The notes beneath the pieces were generated by a model. It saw only the letters and a list, made by a program, of their open reading frames with translations, had not been told where the DNA came from and ran no database searches. This document shows, in pieces, positions 27,973 through 35,382 of a stretch of DNA of 55,030 bases. Source of the DNA: Candidatus Doudnabacteria bacterium (GTDB lineage: Bacteria; Patescibacteriota; JABMPQ01; JAGQLO01); the NCBI GenBank assembly GCA_020429185.1, contig JAGQLO010000002.1, forward strand, positions 1 through 55,030, in the 5' to 3' direction. The position numbers and the translations under genes are program-made. The first letter of the stretch is position 1, and each line of letters opens with the position of its first letter.

Positions 27973-28004
27973 GCCACCCCGGCACTGGGTGGCTTTTTCT
28001 TTTT
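27973..28004 (+). terminator. Rho-independent terminator T1 (left copy of a duplicated terminator)
   Basis: GCCACCC-cggcact-GGGTGGC followed by TTTTTCTTTTT. It lies ~190 nt into the priA upstream region, after a GC-rich segment. Confidence 0.65.
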
Positions 28005-28112
28005 CCTTTGTCCTTAATCCTTGATTTTTTATTGTTTTGTGTTTTGATACGCACACTGTTTGCCAGCCAAAGAAAGGGCACTCAGGTGAAACCGATTCGT
28101 AGGAAGCGGGGC

Positions 28113-28772
28113 ATGCCTCCGTTTCGTGTCGCACTGTTCGGTGGGGCTGTCCGGCTGTACCCCCAGGTGATCGGGGGCGTTGCGAAGGTGGCGCAAGGCC
28201 GGAGATCTGTTCAGCTGCGCATGCCAGTCATGGATCGCACAACTGCAGAGTGTCTGCAGATGACGCAACGTGAGTTGGTAGGCCGAGGGACGAGCGGCGC
28301 ATCGATAGACGCTCTTCTCGCGGTCTCGGTTGTATACCGAGGAGCCGGGGAGGGACCCGTTCCGGTTCGTATGCACAACCTCTCTGAATGTGTCGTGGAA
28401 GGCATGATCGGTAGTCCTCCAGCACAGGCTCAGCTAATGCTCGCACTCACGTCGATGCTACTGGGCGGCTGGAGGGATGCTCCGCTCCCGCTCAATGGCG
28501 AACCGCATCTCGCGGTGTGCGTCACGAGCGATCTGAGCAAGGAACCGTTCTATCCGGCACTCGTGCAGTCAATGTCGCCTTCCGCACCTTCTGATGGCAT
28601 TCTGAAGTCTTCGCAACGATTCCTGATCGTCTCTGACGATGCTGAAACTCAGCAAGCGATCGCCGCACTGCTGCTGACCTCGGACGTCGGCAGCCGTGGC
28701 TTCTTCGAAGGCCCGGATCGTGTTGGTGACGTCATTACAGCGATCTCGAGAATGGCATCGTTGTCGGTCTAG
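28113..28772 (+). CDS. Orphan hypothetical protein (GC-rich island D)
   Basis: ATG 28113 lies 6 nt after AGGAAG (GTG 28086 is an alternative). The track start at 27882 would read through terminator T1 and a T-rich spacer. 62% GC on one hand-counted line. Confidence 0.55.
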   Translation: MPPFRVALFGGAVRLYPQVIGGVAKVAQGRRSVQLRMPVMDRTTAECLQMTQRELVGRGTSGASIDALLAVSVVYRGAGEGPVPVRMHNLSECVVEGMIGSPPAQAQLMLALTSMLLGGWRDAPLPLNGEPHLAVCVTSDLSKEPFYPALVQSMSPSAPSDGILKSSQRFLIVSDDAETQQAIAALLLTSDVGSRGFFEGPDRVGDVITAISRMASLSV

Positions 28773-28796
28773 ATCTGTCTAAGATGTAACCCCGTC

Positions 28797-28826
28797 GCCG
28801 CCCCGGAATGGGTGGCTTTTTCTTTT
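28797..28826 (+). terminator. Rho-independent terminator T2 (right copy)
   Basis: GCCGCCC-cggaat-GGGTGGC (one G-U) followed by TTTTTCTTTTC. Near-identical to T1. Confidence 0.7.
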
Positions 28827-28850
28827 CTCAATATTGCGTACGATAGAGGT

Positions 28851-29399
28851 ATGACATCTCGCATGCTGTTTGCAGCCCTCACATTCGATGCTCGCTCTGT
28901 CGCGAGGCTTTTGACGATACAACATGATCTACCGCTTCCACGCGACATGTTTCGTCTTATTGGAGAGCGAATGCTTCATCTGACACTTGCATATTATGGA
29001 CCCACGCAACCAGAGCGCGAAAAGCGCATTCTTGAAACACTTACAACGATCCGTCGTCACCAGACACCTCAGCTTCGTGTAGATTCTGTTCTCCTTTTGC
29101 CTTCACGAACATCGCCACGTGTTGTCACGCTCGGTGTTGAGGCAACAGAAGCGCTGACGTCACTTAACGAACTTGCGCAAATCGAAGCATCCGACGCATT
29201 TCTTCCGCATGTAACGCTCGCGCGGCTTACCTCTAGCGCCCTTGAAGGACACCCGCTTCGACTTCAGCCGCACATTCGCGCACTAAGCACATACAACATT
29301 GAGCCCTTTTCACTCTACCCAGAAACTGTCACGCTATTTGAAAGCGTCCGTAAGGGAGATACGACATATGTTCCGATTACCGTCTACCCACTCTCATGA
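28851..29399 (+). CDS. thpR: RNA 2',3'-cyclic phosphodiesterase (2H phosphoesterase, ThpR/LigT-like)
   Basis: Two HxT motifs (HLTLAYYG and HVTLARL) at the expected spacing. About 180 aa. Confidence 0.8.
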   Translation: MTSRMLFAALTFDARSVARLLTIQHDLPLPRDMFRLIGERMLHLTLAYYGPTQPEREKRILETLTTIRRHQTPQLRVDSVLLLPSRTSPRVVTLGVEATEALTSLNELAQIEASDAFLPHVTLARLTSSALEGHPLRLQPHIRALSTYNIEPFSLYPETVTLFESVRKGDTTYVPITVYPLS

Positions 29400-30247
29400 C
29401 TATTCTCGGCATTCCTATTAGTCCACTGACGACATCTCGTGTTCAAGAGGTGGTATTGGAGATGCTCAAAGATGCGGATTCATCTGTTTCCCGCCGTACG
29501 ATCACAACACCAAATGCAGAAATGATCCTTTCTGCTACCACGCCAGCGATTCGTTCTGCCGTTGCAGATGTGCGACTCCGCCTTCCAGATGGAACAGGCC
29601 TGCAATGGGCTGCAAGCTATCTATTAGGAGCGAGCCGGATGGGTATTGTGGGGGTGCTATTTCTTCCTATTTGGCTTTGTGTTTCCGTCCTTCTCTACAC
29701 ATTTGTTCCTGCTTGTAAGCGGTGGTATTTGCCAGAGCGCATCACTGGAAGCGACACGCTCCTTACCATTTCTCGCATATGCGAACACTATAAGTGTTCG
29801 GTATTTTTGCTCGGTTCATATGTTGCGGATGAGGCAGCGGCTGCACTTCAGGACGCGTATCCCGATCTTGTCATTGCTGGAGCACATGAGGGAACGCCTC
29901 ACCAGGAAGATGAACCAGCTATTCGGGAGCGTATCAATGCCTCCGGAGCACATGTTCTCTTTGTAGCGTATGGAGCTCCGGCACAAGAGCAATGGATTCA
30001 ACGTAATCTTCCATACCTGCCAAACATACGCATTGCCATGGGAGTGGGGGGCGCCTTTGATTTTCTCTCCGGAGCTCGTACCCGCGCTCCTCAATGGATG
30101 CAGCAAGTCAGTCTGGAGTGGTTATGGCGTCTTTTCCACGAGCCATCTCGTGTAGGCCGTATCTTTAATGCAACTGCTCGTTTTACATGGAGGATCTTTA
30201 TAGAAGGATACCGCGTCGCTCTTGATCCACGACGTCTGAACCTCTAG
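29396..30247 (+). CDS. WecB/TagA/CpsF-family glycosyltransferase (GT26) with an inserted hydrophobic segment
   Basis: TPNAEMIL, LPDGTGL, and YGAPAQEQWI...GVGGAFDFLSG...RAPQWMQQVSLEWLWRL. About 40 extra residues (GIVGVLFLPIWLCVSVLLYTFVP) after the PDG motif. Confidence 0.82.
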   Translation: MTILGIPISPLTTSRVQEVVLEMLKDADSSVSRRTITTPNAEMILSATTPAIRSAVADVRLRLPDGTGLQWAASYLLGASRMGIVGVLFLPIWLCVSVLLYTFVPACKRWYLPERITGSDTLLTISRICEHYKCSVFLLGSYVADEAAAALQDAYPDLVIAGAHEGTPHQEDEPAIRERINASGAHVLFVAYGAPAQEQWIQRNLPYLPNIRIAMGVGGAFDFLSGARTRAPQWMQQVSLEWLWRLFHEPSRVGRIFNATARFTWRIFIEGYRVALDPRRLNL

Positions 30248-30256
30248 CCTGTACGT

Positions 30257-31807
30257 ATGACAACACAACGCCCCATTCGAACTCGCTTTGCTCCAAGCCC
30301 AACTGGTTTTCTTCATGTTGGCGGCTTACGGACCGCTTTGTATGCCTATCTCCTTGCTAAAAAAGAGGGAGGTACATTTGTTCTACGTATAGAGGACACA
30401 GATCAATCACGAAGTGTGGACGGAGCAGTTGAAAATCTCTTGGAGACACTGGCTGTAACGGGAATTGAGCCAGATGAGGGCCCTCGTCTTGCTGACGTAG
30501 ACCATGACATGGATGAGCTACATGTCGAAGAGGTGGGGGAGCATGGGCCGTATATTCAGTCCAATCGTCTCGACGTGTATAAGCACTATGCCCTTCAGCT
30601 AGTCGAACAGGGCGATGCCTATCCGTGTTTCTGCACACCTGAGCGTCTTGAGCAGATGCGAACTGAGCAACAGAAGGCAAAGCAGCCACCAAAATACGAT
30701 CGCCACTGTCTGTCCTTATCTGAAGAAGAGGTCGTTCGTCGCATCGAGGCAGAAGAGTCTCATGTGCTTCGTCTTCGCATGCCAGCAGATCAAACAATTA
30801 CCTGGGAAGACGCTGTGCGAGGCACTGTCTCGTTCGAATCCAATTTGATCGACGATCAGGTTCTCTTGAAGTCAGATGGCTTTCCTACCTACCACTTGGC
30901 AGTTGTGGTCGATGATCACCTCATGGAGATCACACATGTGATTCGTGGTGAAGAATGGTTGTCTTCAACGCCGAAGCATTTGGCGCTCTACAACGCATTC
31001 GGGTGGGAGCCTCCGATACATGTACATGTTCCACTTCTCCTTAACCCTGATAAGTCAAAGCTTTCTAAGCGCCAGGGAGACGTTTCGGTAGAGGACTTTC
31101 TGGACGACGGGTATCTCGTACCGGCGCTCGTGAATTTTATTGCCTTACTTGGCTGGAATCCAAAGTCTGAACAAGAATTGTTTTCAATTACAGAGCTTGT
31201 CGAAGCGTTTTCATTAGAAGACCTTAATAAATCGGGAGCTATCTTTGACCGGGACAAGCTGAACTGGATGAACGGCGAGTACATCAAACAGCACGACACG
31301 ATGGATCTTCTCATGCATGCGCATCCGTTTTATGACGAAAAAGGCCTTCTCGAAGAAGCAGCGAAGCGTGTTGGAGCAAGCAATAAGATGGATCAGATCG
31401 TAATGGAAGAGATTGCGAAGTCGCTTTCGATCGAACAAACACGCCTTGAAAAACTCTCACAGGTAGGGGAGGAAACGGACTATCTCTTCGTAAATGCATT
31501 GAACTATCCAGCGGAAGACCTCATTTGGAAAAAGTCTACCCAAGAGGACACTGTGCTGTATTTGAACGCACTCCAAGATCTATTGAGTGAACGTCCAGAA
31601 GATACATGGGTTACAGATGCACTCGAAAAGGATGTTATTTCGTGGATTGCCGAGAATAACTGGAAGAACGGCGATGTGCTCTGGCCACTTCGTGTAGCCC
31701 TCACGGGAAAGCCAAAATCGCCAGGACCATTCGAAAGTCTCTGGGCTCTCGGAAAAGAGCGTTCGCTCGAACGCATTTCCCGCGCCATCGAACTACTCGC
31801 TGCGTAG
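30257..31807 (+). CDS. gltX: Glutamate--tRNA ligase
   Basis: RTRFAPSPTGFLHVGGLRTAL (HIGH region) and KLSKRQG (KMSKS). Confidence 0.95.
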   Translation: MTTQRPIRTRFAPSPTGFLHVGGLRTALYAYLLAKKEGGTFVLRIEDTDQSRSVDGAVENLLETLAVTGIEPDEGPRLADVDHDMDELHVEEVGEHGPYIQSNRLDVYKHYALQLVEQGDAYPCFCTPERLEQMRTEQQKAKQPPKYDRHCLSLSEEEVVRRIEAEESHVLRLRMPADQTITWEDAVRGTVSFESNLIDDQVLLKSDGFPTYHLAVVVDDHLMEITHVIRGEEWLSSTPKHLALYNAFGWEPPIHVHVPLLLNPDKSKLSKRQGDVSVEDFLDDGYLVPALVNFIALLGWNPKSEQELFSITELVEAFSLEDLNKSGAIFDRDKLNWMNGEYIKQHDTMDLLMHAHPFYDEKGLLEEAAKRVGASNKMDQIVMEEIAKSLSIEQTRLEKLSQVGEETDYLFVNALNYPAEDLIWKKSTQEDTVLYLNALQDLLSERPEDTWVTDALEKDVISWIAENNWKNGDVLWPLRVALTGKPKSPGPFESLWALGKERSLERISRAIELLAA

Positions 31808-31857
31808 AGCTCAAGAATTTACAACGGAGAAAGAAAAGACAGGGAAGAGATTATTCA

Positions 31858-31884
31858 CAAAGGAGGTGCAGCAACCCTCCTTTG
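31858..31884 (+). terminator. Stem-loop downstream of gltX (possible terminator)
   Basis: Perfect 9-bp stem CAAAGGAGG/CCTCCTTTG with a 9-nt loop. No clear T-run, so termination function is uncertain. Confidence 0.35.
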
Positions 31885-31925
31885 TGCGATTCACCCCTCT
31901 TTTAAACATGTGCTAGACTTTCCTC

Positions 31926-33245
31926 ATGAAGCTTCATCGTTCCTATGGTTCGATAGGGATTCCCGTAGCCGTTCTTTTTGCGGCTGCCCTTTTTGTTTCT
32001 CCTGCACTTGGACAGACGCAAGATCATGATCATTCGCATGAGGATGAGTATCCATTCGGACACGAAGAAGCAGATATTCTAGAAGCGGCCGGTGGCCCTG
32101 AAAATCTTGAAGAGCTCAACCGTCGCATTGGAGATCAAAAAGAGCGCATTGAAGATATTGAAGGTCGTCAGGAGCAACTCGAGAAAGACATCGAAACAGC
32201 AAAAGCAGAGGGAGCAACACTCCGTACCCATATCGCCGTTCTCGATGGGGAAATTGAACGCACGCAGCTTTCGATCGAGAAAACAGGAGAAGAGATTAGT
32301 CAAACAGACCTGGAAATTCTTAAGGTCGAAGAAGAGATCACGATTCAAGAGTCTGACATCGCCCGTTCCCGAAAGATTTTAGGAGAGTTTATTCGGGAGT
32401 TGTACAAGTCAGACCAGGCTTCGACGCTCGAAATTCTCCTTGCAAATGAGTCGCTTTCCGACTTCCTCGATGCGCGTCACAGCACGCAGGTATTAGAAGA
32501 AGAGACACAACTTGCCCTTACAGAACTCAACGTTCTCCTTGAAGAACTCCAGTGGCAGGAGCGCGTTCTTGAAACAAAACAAGAAACACTTACACAGCTC
32601 AAGGGACGTCTTGACGACGAAAAGGCCATTTTGGACGAAGAAAAGTCTGGTAAGCAAAGCCTTCTCGCTGTAACAGAGGAACAAGAGGCAAACTACGAAG
32701 AGCTTCTTGCACAGGCTCAGACCGAACATCGGAATGCAGAAGCAGAAATTTCTGCTCTCGAATCTGATATCAAAAAGATCATTGAGCAGGAGCGCAACAC
32801 AAATCCGGACTTCAACTTTGTACCTGGAGATGGAACGCTTTCTTGGCCAATCAACCCGATTCATGGCATTTCCGCCTATTTCGATGACCCGGATTACATC
32901 CGTTTCTTTGGAGTCCCACACGGCGCTATCGACGTTCCAACTCCACAAAATACGGCAATTCATGCGCCAGCAGATGCGTACGTTGTGAAATATCGCAATG
33001 CAGGTCTTGGATATAGCTACATCCTCCTGAGTCACGGGAATGGACTTACAACGCTCTACGGACACGTGACAGGCTCCTATGTTACTGCCGGAGATACCGT
33101 GAAAGCGGGCGATGTGATTGGCCTAACAGGAGGAACTCCAGGAACTCCTGGTGCTGGATACCGAACAACAGGGCCACATTTGCACTTCGAAACACGCTTA
33201 AACGGAACGAAAGTCAATCCGCTGAACTACCTTCCGTCGTTGTAA
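31926..33245 (+). CDS. M23-family peptidoglycan DD-metalloendopeptidase with N-terminal coiled coil (EnvC-like architecture)
   Basis: Signal peptide, a long heptad-rich E/K/L region, and C-terminal HGAIDV...LYGH...GPHLHFE motifs of the LytM/M23 family. Confidence 0.85.
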   Translation: MKLHRSYGSIGIPVAVLFAAALFVSPALGQTQDHDHSHEDEYPFGHEEADILEAAGGPENLEELNRRIGDQKERIEDIEGRQEQLEKDIETAKAEGATLRTHIAVLDGEIERTQLSIEKTGEEISQTDLEILKVEEEITIQESDIARSRKILGEFIRELYKSDQASTLEILLANESLSDFLDARHSTQVLEEETQLALTELNVLLEELQWQERVLETKQETLTQLKGRLDDEKAILDEEKSGKQSLLAVTEEQEANYEELLAQAQTEHRNAEAEISALESDIKKIIEQERNTNPDFNFVPGDGTLSWPINPIHGISAYFDDPDYIRFFGVPHGAIDVPTPQNTAIHAPADAYVVKYRNAGLGYSYILLSHGNGLTTLYGHVTGSYVTAGDTVKAGDVIGLTGGTPGTPGAGYRTTGPHLHFETRLNGTKVNPLNYLPSL

Positions 33246-33253
33246 AGACTGAC

Positions 33254-33292
33254 AAAAAAAACATCTAGAAAAATTGACTAGATGTTTTTTTG
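33254..33292. terminator. Bidirectional rho-independent terminator
   Basis: AAAAAAAA, then ACATCTAG-aaaaattga-CTAGATGT (perfect 8 bp), then TTTTTTT. Confidence 0.85.
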
Positions 33293-33344
33293 TTGTTTAA
33301 TGCAATGTTCGTAGTCGTACCTTGATAGGGAAAGGGAAGGGGAA

Positions 33345-33920
33345 ATGCGCGTACGTACTGTCGTCATTCTTACCGGATTGGCGTCGGCCTTACTGATTCT
33401 GGCCTTCGCGATGTCGCTGTCGATCATGCAGATGCATGACATGCTGAAGTATGCCATGGGCGGCACCGACATCTTGCCGGGCGTGCCGGCCTGCATTCCG
33501 GGGTACAACTCCTGGGACCGGCCATGTATCGTTGATGACGACCGCTCTCAGATGGCTCTGATCACCACTGACGACTTTGGCAGCGAAATTGCCATGATGA
33601 CGCTCGTGGTTCGCATCGATGTCATACATCACGATTCGGACGTAGATCGTGACTTCGTGATCCAGACGATCAACGACGCGTGGAGCCGTGATGAGCGCAG
33701 AAACACTGAACACCCTGTCTGCGTTCTCACTGACGAGATTGCAACGGAGTCATTCGGCGTTGCTGGCACAGAAGTGCATGGGCACGTCTACAGCTTCATC
33801 TGTTCGATGACACTGGATGCCAAGATCTACCCACTGAATGAAGATGGGTCGCAAGGCTCTCAGATGATCGTGCCCCACAGTTGTCCGCCCGAACGCACTG
33901 CCGAGCCGATTAAGATCTAG
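33345..33920 (+). CDS. Orphan secreted/membrane-anchored protein (GC-rich island E)
   Basis: ATG preceded by GGAAGGGGAA. N-terminal hydrophobic signal MRVRTVVILTGLASALLILAFA. Hand-counted lines are 52-63% GC, less extreme than the other islands. Confidence 0.6.
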   Translation: MRVRTVVILTGLASALLILAFAMSLSIMQMHDMLKYAMGGTDILPGVPACIPGYNSWDRPCIVDDDRSQMALITTDDFGSEIAMMTLVVRIDVIHHDSDVDRDFVIQTINDAWSRDERRNTEHPVCVLTDEIATESFGVAGTEVHGHVYSFICSMTLDAKIYPLNEDGSQGSQMIVPHSCPPERTAEPIKI

Positions 33921-33936
33921 CTGATCGTCGCTCGCA

Positions 33937-33960
33937 GTGTTCTTTTTTTTGTAAGAACAC
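33937..33960 (+). terminator. Hairpin after island E ORF (atypical terminator candidate)
   Basis: Perfect 8-bp stem GTGTTCTT/AAGAACAC, but the T-run lies in the loop rather than after the stem. Confidence 0.3.
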
Positions 33961-34267
33961 GTACAGGGAGATTGTTCTACGTATTCAAAACAACATATAA
34001 CAGGGGAGTGTCAATAGTTTGCAAAAGGGTTTCTAAAGCAGGTATGAAGAACGTAGAGAGACAGGCCGGAGTACCGTAAAGCCAACAGGTTGGGAGGAAT
34101 GCATAAAACAAAGTAACAAAAAGAAGGCCAGAAAAATTGCGTAGATATATAGAGCAATGCAGTGAATCAATCTGGATTTCTTCATTTGTAAGCCATTCAT
34201 TGTGTCGTAGAACATACATTGTGCGACATGATTAACCTGGAGCCTAGGTACCTTCCCTTGTCCTGAT

Positions 34268-34297
34268 TTTGTCTCTTTCTCGTTTGTCTCTTTCTCG
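34268..34297 (+). repeat. Perfect tandem duplication of the 15-mer TTTGTCTCTTTCTCG
   Basis: 34268-34282 equals 34283-34297 exactly. Embedded in the pyrimidine-rich non-coding region. Confidence 0.9.
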
Positions 34298-34706
34298 TAC
34301 GATTTCCCTTTGTCCATTTATTCCTTGTAGGCATGCAGCCCGTTCTCTCTTGTCGTACTTCCTCTCTCTTTCTTTTCTGTCCTCCCCTTAGGTTACTCAG
34401 TCCTCTCTGGAGTCATTTTCGTGGAACACTTCTGTGTGTTTCTAAGGACTTCTCTCAAATGCTCATTTTTGATGTTTTCTAGATTCCCTGTTTTTTTGTG
34501 TCTTTTTTTTCTGTTGCGTGTGTTTTGAAAATGTTTGATCGCGTTTCGGCTTTCCTTGTTCTGGAATCTATCTTCAGAAAAATGCACCACTCCCCTGAAA
34601 CCCACTATTTTTGTAACACAATCTTTTTCTCATATGTCAAATAAGGTAGTGTTTCTTGTTGTTTTGCGCTGTTCCGGATAACTCACCAGTCGTTCGCTCT
34701 CTTGCG

Positions 34707-34924
34707 TGTTATACTTCACGTGTTCGTTCAGTTTTGCAACGCGAAAGGGGTGCCATTCCCCTGCTGTACCGCAACCGTGATGCCCTTCGGGGATAAGCCG
34801 GGTCGCCGTTGTTTGACTGCCCCACTGTGAACTCCGCGGAAAACGGAGTAAGGGATATTCCTTTGCACTTCACTTCAGGGCAGTCCTAACGGACTGCTCT
34901 TTCGTTCCCGGGGAGGAACCTATC
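34707..34924 (+). promoter_or_regulatory. Candidate extended -10 promoter plus ~200-nt hairpin-rich 5' leader of island F ORF
   Basis: - TGtTATACT at 34707-34715.
- Local hairpins: AGGGG-tgccatt-CCCCT (34746-34762), CCC-UUCG-GGG (34783-34792), CTCCG-cggaaaa-CGGAG (34832-34848) and AGGGCAGTCC-taac-GGACTGCTCT (34877-34900).
- GTTCC-cgggga-GGAAC (34904-34919) overlaps the SD GGAGGAA. Confidence 0.35.
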
Positions 34925-35368
34925 ATGAACCGACGTGACTTCTTGCGACGGGCTGGCGCTGCCACCAGCTGGCTGTGTCTCGGTGCGCCGGGACTTCTGG
35001 CCGGCTGTGGGGAAGCTCATCCCGGCAACCGAACCGTTTACATCGACGGTTTTGCCCTCAAGGAGTGGCTCATCTTGGAGGCTGGCTCCGAGGGCGGGAC
35101 TGTCGCGACTGTCACATCTCGATCGCTCGACATGCGCTTCTTCCAAGGCGCGTTCGAACAGCGCCGCGATGGTCGTCGCGTTGACACGCTTGTGCTCCGT
35201 GAGCATCTGCGTAGCGATCCCGAACTGCCACGTTCCGCGACCGGCGACTGGCTGTTCGGCATCGTGGGCCGCGATGGCCAGGCCCGGGTCCCGATGACTG
35301 CAGTCGACCACGTCCACAGTGTGGAGGTGCAGGCCGGTGAATCGGTCGTGTGGTACCTCGGCGCTTAA
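34925..35368 (+). CDS. Orphan Tat-signal lipoprotein (GC-rich island F)
   Basis: MNRRDFLRRAGAA (twin-arginine RRxFLR motif), a hydrophobic stretch and the LLAGC lipobox. Strong SD GGAGGAA 6 nt upstream. 67% GC on one hand-counted line. Confidence 0.7.
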   Translation: MNRRDFLRRAGAATSWLCLGAPGLLAGCGEAHPGNRTVYIDGFALKEWLILEAGSEGGTVATVTSRSLDMRFFQGAFEQRRDGRRVDTLVLREHLRSDPELPRSATGDWLFGIVGRDGQARVPMTAVDHVHSVEVQAGESVVWYLGA

Positions 35369-35382
35369 GACGTTCTTTTCTT

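Noticed and set aside
27882-28112. N-terminal 77 codons of the track ORF 27882-28772
   Set aside because: This stretch reads straight through a strong terminator hairpin and its T-tract and through a T-rich spacer (giving FLFPLSLILDFLLFCVLI). A start at 28113 with an AGGAAG SD (or GTG 28086) is more credible.
31905-31928. Leaderless mRNA for the M23 peptidase (TGcTAGACT extended -10 box ending 7 nt before the ATG)
   Set aside because: The spacing is attractive, but it rests on a single weak -10-like hexamer with no -35 element. It is too speculative without TSS data.
33977-34317. Two overlapping small minus-strand ORFs (80 aa and 94 aa) with hydrophobic stretches
   Set aside because: They occupy different frames over the same DNA, so at most one is real. 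The hydrophobic segments derive from T-rich sequence. 34033-34317 has an AAGGAA 4 nt before its ATG and a repeated EKET motif that merely reflects the 15-bp tandem repeat. The evidence is not enough to call a gene. It is mentioned under the gene-desert finding.
34393-34605. 70-aa minus-strand ORF (K/R/N/E-rich)
   Set aside because: It is a low-complexity basic peptide produced by the purine-rich strand. It has no SD and no hydrophobic core.
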